Shown here one piece after another: positions 36,647 to 59,466 of a DNA stretch of 64,000 bases (the stretch's first letter is position 1; each line of letters starts with the position of its first letter). The notes beneath the pieces were generated by a model. It made no database searches. It was given only the letters and a program-made list of their open reading frames with translations, and was not told the DNA's origin. Position numbers and translations under genes: made by a program. Origin of the DNA: Hormiphora californensis (Eukaryota > Animalia > Ctenophora); assembly GCA_020137815.1 (NCBI GenBank), contig CM035358.1, positions 2,108,001 through 2,172,000 on the forward strand, given 5' to 3'.

Positions 36647-39600
36647 ATGACAGATGTAGTGGCCGCAGTTCTAGAAAACAACCTCACCAGCAGTCAGATT
36701 ATCAACTGGATAACAGGATCTGTAAGTAACTATTGATTTGGCAGCTTTATCAACCACATCGCTTCCCAATTATTTTTAATATCCCTCCCCAGATCACACC
36801 TGGCAAAACTGTTGCTCCTACTACGCTCCCAAACATTTCTAGAGCCCCCCCATCCCTGAGGCTACTACCCAGATCATATCTCCCTAAACTAACCCCTCCC
36901 TCCCTCCCTAAACTAACCCCTCCCTCCCTAAACTAACCCCTCCCTCCCCAGATCATATCTCCCTAAACTAACCCCTCCCTCCCTCCCTAACCCCTGTCCC
37001 CTTCTCCCCAGGGCACCCTTCCCGAGGAGTTCTCATCCTGTTCTCGTGATCGATTCATAGCCTCATTCCTAACCTGGCTTCACAGCCACGTGCAAGTTAA
37101 GAAGAGAGATGCATCCTTCTCCCAACCGATCAACGATTCACCACTCCGAACACCAAACAAGAGACAACACAGTAAAGGGGGACATCGTAGTCAACATGAG
37201 AACAGGTTTGCAAGATTCGAGGTTGGATTATTATTGAGAGATGATAATTTCAATTCACAGATAAAATATTTCTTCATACTTTAATTCTTTCCAGTGGTCT
37301 AAGCAGTGGTGGAAAGTCCCATGTGTTTCAAACACCCTTTAAACATGATTCTCTTTCCTCACTAACGGATTACCCGCCGCTGAAGAGTTCTACACCTAAT
37401 GAGTACGTAAATTGTAATGGGTTCCATCATTATGTCGGGAATTTCTAGCTGTTTTTCTCTCTCTCCCTGCGTGTTCTATTTAGTGAATCTAAAAAACTTG
37501 CCCTGCTTTTTCTCTTAGTAATCTAAATCTCTGTATTTTTCAGTGAGCCCCTGTCTCGGGTAGCAACATGTCCTGCAACTGTACAGCCAATACGACGTCT
37601 AGACCTCACATCTAATACCCTGTGGAGTCCACCGCCACCCCCAGGGGATTCTGACACCCCATTCCAACAAAATATCACTCCCACACGAGTCGGACACAAT
37701 TCTGGAGGAGGGTCAAATCAGCATACCGGGCCGGTACAGTTTCAGCAACAGACAGGCCCGGTACAGTTTCAGCAACAGAATTCTGGAGGGCCGGTACAGT
37801 TTCAGCAACAGAATTCTGGAGGGCCGGTACAGTTTCAGCAACAGAATTCTGGAGGGCCGGTACAGTTTCAGCAACAGAATTCTAGAGGGCCGGTACAGTT
37901 TCAGCAACAGAATTCTAGAGGGCCGGTACAGTTTCAGCAGAACACATCTGAACCAAGGCCGGTACAGTTTCAGCAGCAGGTTTCTCAGGGAGGGCTGATA
38001 CAGCAGCAGGAGGGTGCGAGAGGGGAAGAGACAGCAGTGCTTGAAGCTCGCATGAAGGGCGTGAAGTTAAATGACAGTGGTAAGATGAACGGTAGCCATA
38101 GCAACGGATCTATTAGCAACCAGAACGGATCTATTAGCAACCAGAGTGGTAACCAGAGTGCATCTTTGGACAATATCGGCAGCAAATCATCACGGAAAAA
38201 GAAAATCAAACGTGTTCCCCTGATGACAATTTCGAACCAGGCCCGATACAAAAAGACCCCCAGCAATTCCCCCCTTCAGTTGGACATTGCCAAGCTAGAT
38301 AACAGGTTTTCAGGGAGATTAGGAGGGGGAGGAGGGGATGGGAGAAAAGAGAAGGAAGTTGCGGGAAATGTTTTCAGTAACCATGGTAACCATAGTAACG
38401 GTGGTAACCATGGTAACCAAGGAAGTTTAACTAATGGAGGAAAGCAACCGAAACGGGTTCCACTCGTATCTGATCAATCACCGCGGCGTATACTTCTTCG
38501 ACCAGCATCTAAATCTTCTGGAGAACAACCAGCCACATCAAATTCAAAGGAGCAATATCCAGTAACATCAAATTCAAAGGAGCAATATCCAGTAACATCA
38601 AATGCACAGACACAACGACAGAATAAGCCCCCACCTCCGCCAAGCCAGAATCCTCCACTGAAACCTCAATGCCTTAGCGGTGACGCAGTTTCACCCGAAC
38701 ATTCTGAGCGGCCCAAGATGGAACAGGATGTACCTGAGCAGTCCAAGAAGGACGGATCACCAAGGAGAGTCCCCCTCCGTCCAGCCTCATCTTGTACCGA
38801 ATTACAACCCGATTGTAGCCCACCACTCTCATCTGCTGGCACGATTCCAATTAAAAGAGTTGTCCCACTAACTATATCCCGCCCTGATAAATTGGATGGT
38901 CTGGTTGCCAAGGAGACGAAGATTCAACAGGTTGTAAACATGGCAAATCGGGCAACTGTTCACTCTATAGCTGAGGTAATTAGCCAATTAGTTAATTAAT
39001 TAATTACACTGTAACATATTAGTAAGGTCTTACAGCTGATTTTACCCACTCCATTTTACCCGCCTTCCATTTCAGATTTACGTGTGTCTCCTTGACAACG
39101 CCATGGTTAGTAACCTAGCAACGGAACTCCATCTCCTTCTAGTGTTTGCCAGCGCCCCAGTGCGTGTCACCATTCTTTCGGAGGATAGGGCCTACTTTGT
39201 GAGAACGGTGGTGTCCGGTTTGGCTGTCTCCCTCCGTCATCTTTCTCCCTCTCTGAATGGGGAGATTGGGAGATATATGGGGCTTGAGGAGAGAATGGAT
39301 CATCCCCGTGGAACACCACTCTTTCAAACTGGTACGTGAAATCTTGCCTTGTTCGGCCCTGTTTCACTGGGTCCCCATTTTACAAAGGAGGGTTAGATTA
39401 TAACAATTGAAACCTAATTGCTAGTACGTAATACCCAATTAAATTAAATGAATGGTACCCTAACGTAAGGGCTATACAAATCATGTTCACGATTTTATTT
39501 CCCATATGACATTGACATTTATTCGAGATTGTCTGAATGATTGGTTGCATGATAATGCATTGGTATCTAAGATTCTAGACTGCATGATAAATTATTTGAG

Positions 39601-42600
39601 ATGTCATGATTTGAGATTATCGTTTACCATTTAAGTATGATGTAACTCTTAGTTAACAATTTCAGATATTTCAATAGCGAGTGTGCCTTTTCAACAGGAG
39701 CAAGATAGCAGGGCTCAGTTCCCCAATGACCGAGTTTTTCACGTCTTCAAACGGATCAGGTAGGTTCTGTACCATTAAAAATGTTACCATGGTAACCGTG
39801 TACTACTGTTTGGTTTGATCCAGGGGTCGCACGAAACAGTCTGAACAAGGCACGATACTAAGTAAAACTCACCCTTTCTCTCCCAGGGACACTTTTTACG
39901 GCCTGCTGCGGGACTGGGATGCGGGCTCTCAACAAGGATCCTTCAACACAGAACAACTCTTGGGTGAACGGATGAAGAGTTTACTGAGCCAAAAGTTACA
40001 GTTGGCCATTTTTACCCATTTTAGCAAGCTCTTCATTAGTCTTCTTCTGAAGGTTAACAGCGGTAACCGTGGTAACCAGTGATAAGCTAAAGATGTTACC
40101 ATGGTAACCTATTTTCTTTGTCATGGTGACGAACATGTAGTTATTCTTATTGTAGCTGTACTACGCTATTATTCACTTTCTTTCACACAGAGATACAAAT
40201 CGGACCTGTGTCAAGATCTTGACGGATCTTCTGCTTCAGATGAGAAACTGCGCAAGTAAGTTTGAGCAATGTTATGGGGGGGGACATGTTAATTGTTAAT
40301 AAATCACCTCTTTTTTCCGATTTTGTTAATTAACGTTAATTAACAAAATTAACAAAATTAACAAATTCTAAAATATTGGTGTTATCGGTTGATAATACGA
40401 CTTTAACTGATTTAATTTTGTAGTTTAATAACTTATCTAACGTTTGTATACCCATGCAAGGCCTCATCCGATAACCAAAGTCCAAAATACAAGTTTTTTG
40501 GCTCCAAATCGATCAAAAAGTTAAAGAGTACGAATATTCCAATTTAGCGTGTAAAATATCATTTGAATGTAATTTTTTCATTGATAATCCATTCTTCAGA
40601 CGAAAGAAAGTGATGTACAACGTTTTTGTTTGAAAAATACGAAAAAATTCCCAAAATTGCTTTTTTTGGTCAAAAATTGAAAATTTGCTTCGCTACAAAT
40701 CCTTGTGTTTTTTTAGAAAAAATTATTTTTGGGATATTTTTCGATTGAAGGTAAATTTATGAGTCTTATTAAGTTTTTAAGGTTGGAAAATGTGGATTAG
40801 TGTCATTTGACCTCAATTGCGGTTCAGGTTGGCTAGTTTTTGTTCGAATTTACAAAATGGAACAAATCGTTGTGGGAAGGCTGTAGTAGACGGCTTGGGG
40901 GTATGCAAATCATACAGAAGGAACATCTTTGTTCGCAGAACAACATGCAGCATGTGTAATACCAAAAAACACGTGCTAAAGGGACTTTAGATGGTATAAA
41001 TGGCATTTGTTAATGTTTGTTAACTTTTGTTAATTATGTTAATAAATCACCTGTTTTTTCGATGTTAATATTAACAAAGTTAACAAAATTAACATGTCCC
41101 CCCCCCAATGTTATTTTCACCAACTTGAATAAGTGTGCAGTTGTTTGCAACGAATTACCAATTGTACCGATTTACTAGGTTCCTTTCATAAATTTCCTTC
41201 TTTTTCTAAAATCTAAATCTCCAGGTTGCAGAACCGAATGATGTCAGAGAGAGGGAGGACTACATCTACGGTAGCAGAGTACTCGATCTGTGGGCCTGCT
41301 ACCTTCCCAAAATCACAGGATTTCTTCAAGACATTCCTTGTCGTCTCTCAAAAGTAAGTAAACATTCAGATCCTGATTTACCGGACCCCAATTCGCCTTC
41401 CCCCGAGTATCCCGGTAAACCCTGGTCTCAGTCCCTCCCTAAATAACACCCCACCCTAAATAACACCCCACCCCAAATAACACCCCACCCCAAATAACAC
41501 CCGTCCCCCTCCCATCAGTTACTCGCTGAACCGGCACCTAACGGACCAGTTAGTATCGAGGATATTAAAGCTACAGAGCCAGACCAAGGTTTGGTTTAAC
41601 GACTCAATTGATCTGGACCAGGTACAAAATTAGGGGGTGATTGAAGGGGTCGTTCGAGTAATAATCCCATAATTGGCATATTCCCAAACGTCCACATCTG
41701 AATAGGACCAATAATTCTCGACCACCCTGTATAACTTTTTCTTCTCTCCACGCAGTCGGATCTACAGGAGGATTTCAACTGGAACGTCCTATCCCTGCAA
41801 GTGTTGGCTAAGTTTCTCGGGCTACTCTGGTACATGCCCTATTATACCACCCAGAGGGTCCCTGAGACAGTCATGGATGTCCTACAAACAACTCGATCTG
41901 GGGTTAGTGAAGAGAGAGAGATGGAGAGAGAGATAGAGAGACAACAAATATCAAGTTTTGTAGAGTTTTTTCAAACCACTCTTTCTCTTCGGGAGAGCCT
42001 TAATTAATCACCCCCCCCCCACCCCATTCAGGTTTTCCCACTAGATGTGGAGCAGTTCATTGTTACCTCAATAAGGGAGGGAACCCTGACCCTGACCCTA
42101 CCTTGGATCTGCGAATTGTTAGTCATGATGGATCTTGTATCTATTACCATGACAACGCCTCGATCAGCCCTGGCACTTCTTAACACGGTCTACTGCAAGG
42201 TAATTCAACCATATTATTTTGATCTCTTGCCTTGCTCGACCCTGTCTCACCACGCCCCGGTTAACCGGTTTTAACAAATCAAATTATTCTCTGGTACTTG
42301 ATTCTCTCGACCAGCTGTGCAGGTGCAACTGAATTCTCGTTAGTTCTAGAACTATTCTGAATCACACCCTTCATATTAAACATCAAACTTGAATTCTCGT
42401 TTTTAAAACGTCAAAATCTCTGATATTCAGTGATTAAATTAATGAAATGCGGCGGTGATAATGCCAAGTTTATTCCCTCAATCTTTTTTCTAGAGCCTGA
42501 TATCGAAGATAGTATTTAGTCTCTAGACTATTCTCTAGTAGAAGAAGTTTAGAAATCCAGACAAAATTGACAATTCTTGACATGCTCTAATTAACTTCTT

Positions 42601-43983
42601 CCCCTTCAGCTTGGTACTCTACCCCTCCGTCCCGCTAACCGGACTCTACTAACTTTTAAACTGGGTCACGTTATGGAGCTGGTACTGGTACCCCACGGCC
42701 TTTTCTCTCCCCTCCCCTCATCTACCCTCCCTCCCTACGAACCCTCCCCGGTGGACTGTCTGAGAGGCATTGTAACCCCGGCCTTGGTGATGGAGTGTTG
42801 CCCATGGTTACCATCGTTACGTCATGTTATGACGTCATCATCACGTGACTCAGTGGTGGCGGTTACCCCGACCAAGGCAGTCGTTACCATGGTAACACCA
42901 TCCTCCTCGACACCGGTACAAACTAAAACAGAGCTCACTCTGAAAGAGAACTTCTTCCATCATCAACCGCACGTTGTCAGAAAAGTGTGCGAGTTTGTGT
43001 GTGAACGGTTACATGGCAACGCTGTAACCGAAATGCAGGGCGCCATGGTAACCACGGTAACAGGAAAACTCCCCTCTCCCATCCGGGAATGGCTGTCAGT
43101 TCATCACACGAAGGGCTCTGAGAATCATAGCGCTGTTAGCTTTCACATTAGCAGTCTCTCATCACAGCTCATATCAGGGCCATCCCGGGTCGAATGGATG
43201 GAATGTGCGAAGGAGTCCTGCCAGAGGGATGTCAAGAGTCTGATGTTAGCTCTCCTACCACCCGCTACTGAACCATCAGTGGTCGCCATAGCAACCAAAC
43301 TGACAGCCCTAAAGGCAATAACAAAATGTGAGGTATGGCTGGGTTCCATGGGTCAGGGATTTGTGGAGAGGGAGGCCCAGAAACTGGCGGACTCTATTAC
43401 CAAGACACTTGATAAACCTCAGGACGATTCTGATCTGCTATCATCTCTCTCCCTTCGACCACTTGATCGGATAAGAAAGGTGATTGAAACAGTCAAGACA
43501 TTGCCAGATACTAAGGGTCGCTCAGCACTCCACCAGAGGCTGTACAACGAGGCAATCGCAGTGTTGTGCTCCATCATAAAAACAAACGTTGACAATTTGA
43601 CACACGTGGAAAGGGTCTATGAAGCGCTCGTCTTTCTCCGGAGTTGTAAGGGAGTGGACACTACGGCTTGTATCTCATTATTCCAAAATCAAAATCTAGA
43701 CTGTGATTCAACTCGGAAAAGGTTCATAACCGTATGTCTGAGACTCATGTTTATCGGTGTCATTTCCCCTGCACGTGTGGAACATTGGTTGCTATGGTTA
43801 CTAGAACAATCACGTGACATAGCCATTGAATTGTCACGTGACATTATGGATAAATATACCAAGCTGAAGAAATCAGTTCGGTACAGTGATAAACAGTTTG
43901 TCTGTCCGGATGTGGCACACTTGTTACCTGTTTACCGTTTATGTGACTTTGAGGTTTTAGCTAACAAAATTATGATGCAGTGA
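36647..43983 (+). CDS. CDAN1: Codanin-1 (ASF1-interacting), multi-exon; first exon 36647-36721, large exon 37544-38975, last exon about 42610-43983
   Basis: M...AAVLE....S..INWI; IY...L...MVSNLATELHLL; SVPFQQEQDSRAQFPNDRVFHVFKRIRDTFYGLLRDW; FP..QDFFKTF; LAKFLGLL; LTLPWICELL.MMD; LKENFFHHQP..VRKVCEFVCER. Confidence 0.92.
37728..37980 (+). repeat. Coding 33-bp tandem repeat (NSGGPVQFQQQ) in CDAN1 exon 4
   Basis: Unit aattctggagggccggtacagtttcagcaacag, about 8 core copies, open in the CDAN1 frame. Confidence 0.85.
40276..41106. mobile_element. Non-autonomous TIR element with poly-G termini and 8-bp TSD, in a CDAN1 intron
   Basis: aatgttat|GGGGGGGGACATGTTAA ... TTAACATGTCCCCCCCCC|aatgttat; subterminal TTAACAAAA repeats. 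Confidence 0.92.
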
Positions 43984-44042
43984 TAAGTCAGATTAATGTC
44001 TTTGTTTTTGTGTGTGTATAATTATGAATATAATACGTGTTA

Positions 44043-44122
44043 CAGTCGGACCCCGATTCACCGGGATGCTCGAGGGAAAGGGTTTTGCTCCTCCCGAGTC
44101 CCGGTAAATCGGGGTCCGACTG
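44043..44122. mobile_element. 80-bp pogo/Tigger-like MITE with TA TSD; relatives at about 41370-41420, 52180-52706 and 62425-62558
   Basis: TA|CAGTCGGACCCCGATTCACCGGGA...TCCCGGTAAATCGGGGTCCGACTG|TA. Confidence 0.85.
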
Positions 44123-44324
44123 TATATCTTTCTTGGTTCGTGTATTATAGTTCACGTTCAGTTTCTATGTTATATTGTATGTGTTTTAAGTGCTGTTATT
44201 ACTATCTGGGTTGAAATATTTAAATTTAATTTGTCTGCTCCTCCGAGTATTAAAATTTCGTGGTATTTATAATTCCTCCCCTTTTGACAGATTGATCCAA
44301 TTTCCCTTATCTCAAACTATTAGA

Positions 44325-47300
44325 ATGTCAGAGATTGAACCGTTAACTTTAACGGTAAAGGAGGGTGCCCAATGGACCCGAAAGAGACCACACAAAAGGA
44401 AACGGTTGAGTAGTGAGGATACTGGTGCTGTTTCTTCTGATCAGGGGGGATACTTTCAGGTACATTACTTGAACCTTTACATTACTTGTACATCCGGACC
44501 TCCATTTACTGGAATCCCGACTTACTCTATTTTACTCTGTATCCCGACTCACTCTATTTTATAAAATTCTTGATATAGCTTCCTCAAAATCAAGTCGATT
44601 TTGTTATCAGATAATAAGACATTGACAACTTGGCATTCATTGGGGAAATATATTGACAAATGATAATTTCTCAGAATACAATTTCTCCTAACTGACAAGT
44701 CAAAATTTGTCTCGTACAAGATTCCTCAGAACTCTAATAATTGAGGATAATGTTTTAATTATGCACTGAACTGCTGTAGACATCACCCACTCACTTCACC
44801 CACACACAGCACCCACACACATGACCAAGCCTGTACGACAGGTTATTGATCACCGGCTGTATTACAGCACGAGAGAGCCGTCACTAGTATCGTGCAGTGA
44901 TCCGAGGATCATGATAACAATTAATATGACGTGATCAACTGCTATAGCCCAACTGTTCATTCTGAGAATTCTGATACAAAGATATTATTTGCCGTACTGA
45001 TATATGAGGTAACTCCAACCCCCCAGTTTCATCTCCTTGTTTAACATGGGAGTTACCAAGGGAATCCACTGAGTTCGATTAATCTAGGCACATACCCACA
45101 GTACTATTCGAATTGGCGTATCTTTATATCAGGAATCTCGGATAGCAACAATCCTTGTGTTTTATTGCTATCTGAACAGATTAGGCGTATAGACAGGGCT
45201 CTATACGCCTAATCTGTTCAGATAGCAATAAAACACAAGGATTGTTGCTATCCGAGATTCCTGATATAAAGATACGCCAATTCGAATAGTACTGTGGGTA
45301 TGTGCCTAGATTAATCGAACTCAGTGGATTCCCTTGGTAACTCCCATGTTAAACAAGGAGATGAAACTGGGGGGTTGGAGTTACCTCATATATCAGTACG
45401 GCAAATAATATCTTTGTATCAGAATTCTCAGAATGAACAGTTGGGCTATAGCAGTTGATCACGTCATATTAATTGTTACTCTAATAATTCTTCACAATAA
45501 TATTTTCAGGATCCTACGATCCCTGAGGAGCACATGATATTGGCGGCTGACGGTGGACTCTGTACTCCCGCCCTCAAAGCTCGGATGATGGAGCTCATAC
45601 AGTGTATGATGAGGTAAGAAACATAGTAATGGACAGTCCACTTACAGACTCAGCAAACTCCCATGGAAAAAGATAAGGGGACCCATGCCCCCCCCCCCTA
45701 TGGAAAGAGAGACACCCTCAATGGACTGTGTGTGAGGTTGGTTGGTATGTTGTCAGTCCGTAATATACCCAGTTATTGTGACATGTTCATTGTTTCAGGA
45801 AAGATGTCCACATGATATTTGCTGAGCCGGTTAGCGATAGGATAGCACCTGGTTACAGCAAGATCATCTCACAGGCCATGGATCTTAGCACAATGCAGGT
45901 ATGTGTGGAAACCACCTCCCATTATATATATATATATATCTGTGAATATGTTTCTTTTTGTAGAGAGAGATAAGTTTAGTCTCGCATATTCCCCCAAGCT
46001 GGCCACACCACTGCACTACTAAAATGATCTCGCATCACCCCCCCCCCCCAAGCTGGCCCCGCCACTACTAAAATAATCTCGCATCTTCCCCTCCCCAAGC
46101 TAGCCCTACCACTACTACTAAAATAATCTCATAACCTTCCCCCCCCCCCCCCAACCTGGCCCCACCACTGCAGCACATCTCTACTAAAATAATCTCACAT
46201 CTTCCCCTTCCCCAATAATAATCGCACATCATCCCCCAGGCTAAAGTACAACAGGGTGAATACACCTCACTTCGAGAGCTGAAAACAGATGCAGATCTAA
46301 TGTGTAGAAACTGTATGGTGTACAATGCTGATGATACCATATTTTACAGGGTGAGTGATATATCCCCTCCCAGCTTGGTGATGAAATTACCCCTCTGTTA
46401 TGCAATAAAAGGGGTGACTTCGTAACCAACCAGCTTTGTCTCATATAAGACCGTCCTCTACGTGAAGCCGCGTAGCTCGAGTACGAGGCTGCGCGATGTA
46501 CAGTCAGTGTCTGACAATCCCAGCTCCTGTGAGTGGTAGTGTTATTATATTCTAACCCTCATTTACATTTGGGGCGTGGTAAACTTGGAGCGTGCAAAAC
46601 TCACCTGTATGTGCAATTCACGGGTAGATTTCCTAATTTCTCTATGACCCACCTCCAGGAGGGAGTAAAACTGCAGAACTTCATACAGACCTTATTTGGG
46701 GAAAAGAAAACCAAGCCTGGCATCTCTACCGAGGTAAGATATATCTTATATCCGGATTTACCCGCGAGTCGACTAATGTGACATGTAGTGGTGTCAAGGT
46801 TAAATCGAGAACCGCGACGTGGGAGGAGGATCCCCTCTCCTTATCTCCAATTCCTTGGTTCTGAGACGTCTCTCCTTATCTCCCTAAATTTTCTGCCCCC
46901 GTCGCTTATCTCCCAGCGTAAAGATATTAATTAAAGTACTTGTCACTTTGTCCTCCCCCCATCACCGTCTGATCTCCCCAGCTCTCAGTTCTCACCAGTC
47001 ACGGTTCAAATCGCTATTCCCCTCTCACTAGAATTAGAATGAAACAGAAAGGGCCAAAATTGAAAATACCAGTACAGTGGCTGATAATGTCAGCTTTGAC
47101 TTACTTTTTTTAAATATCATGGTAGCTGAACAATATCTGATATATATACAGGTACAGGAGGGAATACGAAAGAAGCACGCGATACAGGAGGTGTGGGATG
47201 CGGAGGAGGTGTCTCGGTCTGTGAAAATGGCCGCCCAGGAAGCTCGGGAGAAACTTGAACGGTAGGTGAATTGGGGGGGGGGGTTGAGTATTAGGGGGGG

Positions 47301-49159
47301 GGGGTTGATTACGAAATAACCTTCGCGACCTTCGTTACCAAAGTATGGGGGGATGGTAAGACTCATTTTATGCAATATGAAGTAGATCGAAAGGAAATCA
47401 CGTGAGGGAAAGATTGAAAGGTAGAGAAGACCCCGTCCCCAAAATAGTAATTTGCTGCTCTGTGATTTCTAGACTTTCTCCCTGTGTGGTCATGTGTCAT
47501 GTCTTCTTCTTCTTCTTTGAGGCCGTCTCCACCATGGTTGAGATTGAGGGATGGGACCATAGAGATTCCTTTCCCCGGCCTGGTGTCCTGTCTATTATAC
47601 TCTAGCTACAACTCACGTAGTGAGCAGCTTGCCTTTCTCCACCCTGTCTCACCCTCTAAACAATCAAACTGACCATATTCTCTCATTGGTGGCGAAATTA
47701 CCCCTTGTAGAAACTAAGATATCCGAGATATCGCGATAGTAAGGAACGTTTTAGCGTGCCCGCAAGGTAGGGGTAATTTCGTTACCAAATCTCTGATCCC
47801 TCAGGTATGCCCCAAATTAACACCCCTCCCCCCTCAGATATGCCCCAAATTAACACCCCTCCCCCCTCACACATACCCAGACTAACACACCCCTCTCCCC
47901 TCAGGTATGCCCCGGATACCCGTGTGGGATACCTCTCTAAAAACAAGGACGACGACACTGTCCTACTCAATATCATCAATGCACCTCCTGGAGAGCCCAC
48001 AGAAAAAGTAGTGGACCTGTCGACTCTCGATCCCCACCCTGATACCGCCACATCGCTTCTCAGCAGTTTCAGGGAGAAGAAACGGCAACCTAACCGTTCT
48101 GTCCAGTACCTCTATTACGGGCCATTTGGGTCATTCATGCCTTCCTTCGATAGCATGTACTCAAATCTTGATCGAGGAGAGCAGGAGTTACTTCACAGTT
48201 GCTATGGAGATGAGTTGGGACTCAGTTACTGTCGGAGTGTTCAGGAGTTTGCTCGAGGGGCAGCTGACTCACTCCGACAACCTGTTGACAACATCATTAA
48301 CAGTCTGACGAGTGGAGGACACGCCAAGGCGAACAGAATCCTAGCCCAGAAATACGCCAAGATTATCCGAGAGAAGCGAGGCTTCCGAGCACGGAGGCAG
48401 CTGGCTACATCCTCGGGTATCACGAGTGCACCCGCTACCACTCCAGAAGAATCCTCCCTGCTGGCATTATTAGAATGTGAGGATATTCCAGATATAATTA
48501 ACGATCCAACCCTCCAGGATAGGTTAGATAAAGCCTGTGAGGGTGATGAGGATCTTGAGAAGAAGCTGGAGGAGAACAGCAAACTGATTGGAGAGCTGGG
48601 GAGAAAACAGGAGGAGAGGCTAACAAAGGGTGAGGAGCTGAAGGAGGGGGAGTTAGAGGTGGCCGCTAAAGTCAGAGAGAATCTTACTGAGATGATAGTT
48701 ACACATGGTACACCGGGAGATGTTGTTAGTGTGGGCGCGGTGAGGGGCGCCATGGGGTCTAAATTAGTTGAGGATGTTCAGAAAGAGTTGGAGAAACAAG
48801 GGGAAGCCCAGAAAGAGTTGGAGAAAGAGGGTCAAGTTCAGAAACAAGGGGAAGTGGAGAAACAGGCGGAGAAAGAGGGTCAAGTTCAGAAAGAGGCGGA
48901 CGTTCAGAAACAGGCGGAGAAAGAGGCGGTAATGGAGAAAGAGGCGGAGACATCACCAATTGTACAACAAAATGAACCCAGTGATGTACAACCTGTTGTC
49001 CCAAGTGTACCCCAGGAAGATATCCAGCAGCCACTACCCCAGGTTGTCCATCCACAACCTTCAGAACCAGATGCTTTACAAGAACCACAAGTTGAAGTAC
49101 CAAGACCAGAAATACCAGAATCACCAGCACCACAGCAGCCAGACCTGGAAGACCAGTGA
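44325..49159 (+). CDS. BRD9: Bromodomain-containing protein of the BRD7/BRD9 family (SWI/SNF subunit), multi-exon
   Basis: Bromodomain RKD...IFAEPVSDRIAPGYSKII...MDLSTM / DADLMCRNCMVYN.DDTIFY; family motif YLYYGPFGSF.PSFDS.YSNL...EQELL.SCYGDE. BRD7 and BRD9 cannot be separated. Confidence 0.88.
44915..45478. repeat. Perfect inverted repeat: 279-bp arms with a 6-bp spacer, in BRD7/9 intron 1
   Basis: ...ttaggcgtataga-cagggc-tctatacgcctaa...; the arms are complementary out to 44915/45478. Confidence 0.95.
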
Positions 49160-49591
49160 TCCGGGGAGTAAACGACTGCAAAGTTATCGTCGCTGTTGCA
49201 TGTGAGAGAGAGAGAGATCCCATCTGAGCTTCTGTATCGGGGTGATCATGTGAAGATATATGTTCAATAAGAAAGCCTGGACACTGGACACACTAGTACA
49301 GTAGATTATGAACAATATGAATTATGATCTGCATGGGGTAACTTGTTGAAGAAACTTCCTTTCTAGGGCGCTTAAGTGCCGAACAGACAGACTGCGTAGC
49401 ATGGCAAATAATAGTGGGGGAGGCCGGAGGGTCACCACCGAGAAGGGTTTGGGAGTATTCAGTATTGTTATACCAGGTGCAGTGCCATTCGTGATATATA
49501 TGATTAGCATAGTTATTACTGTTATCTTTGGCGTAAATTAGTTTTTCAGTCTGTGACTGAGCTATGGAAGCATCTTGTTTTACCTTTTAGT

Positions 49592-49681
49592 CAGAAACCG
49601 ACCGATTCAGGAAATACTGGTCCCTACGTGACCTAAATAACGAGTTCTGATTGGTTGTTTACTTGTGTCGGTCGGTTCCTG
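49592..49681 (-). mobile_element. hAT-like MITE (copy of the element at 57073-57181)
   Basis: TIR CAG(A/G)AACCGACCGA; 8-bp flanks cttttagt/tttttagt; interior is the reverse complement of the 57073 copy. Confidence 0.8.
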
Positions 49682-49786
49682 TTTTTAGTACTCACTCTAT
49701 CATCCCCCTCGGCTCTCTCAAGGGTGGCTGAATATTGTAATGATATGTCTTGACAGGCAATATAACGTCTGTTTTACAATACCACA

Positions 49787-49887
<101 letters not shown>

Positions 49888-50227
49888 ATCTCTCTCTCTC
49901 TCCCTCTCCTCTACCAGGCTCCCTGGGCCGTCTTTTACAATAAAAGTTTAGTCTTGGCAGGTCTGCAATTTGGTGTCTCACTGTGGTCTGCAATATTGAG
50001 ATTTTATATTGTCTTGGTCACTGTGTCTCAATTGGAATCCACCAGTAAGGTAAAATATGCGGATCTGACATGTGTTTACCATTGTCGAAATTGTATTTTG
50101 AAATATTTTTCGTTTGATGGAATTACATTATGATTATCTTACTTTTGATATTATGGCAACCTTGATATTATGGCAACCATAATTTCCTATTTAATAATAT
50201 CCACCCCCACTAGAGAGAGTTTGAGTG

Positions 50228-59032
<8,805 letters not shown>

Positions 59033-59466
59033 GTAACTAATTATAATTGTTTGTATGTTCGTAGTGTGTCCCGTCTTTCTTCAACCTGGCGAACCAATGT
59101 ATCATCTGAGCCTTCCCTCTCTCCCTCTATCTATCACTCCCTGATTCATGCTTCAAAAGCCAGGCGTTATATTTCCTGATTCTGCTCCTGATGATAAACT
59201 GCTATTTATGAGCAACTGTTTAACCACTCAAACTGTATTATAACCGCTCTTTAAAATGAAAATTAGAAACCTCCCCGCCGTGGGAATCAACGGATGGACC
59301 ACTAGTGATTATAACCTAAACCAATACATGTATAATTTCTCTCTCCCTCCAAAATTTCTCTGATCCGGTTGTCAGGCCAATATGTTCTGGCCAAGGTTCT
59401 CGCGCGCTCCGGCCAATGCTCTGACAGCTCTGTTTCGGACCATGAGTAGATTCGTGTTATATGAGG

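Noticed and set aside
59270-59292. Minus-strand similarity to a tRNA-Asp 3' end
   Set aside because: Only about 20 nt with no cloverleaf; at most a SINE relic.
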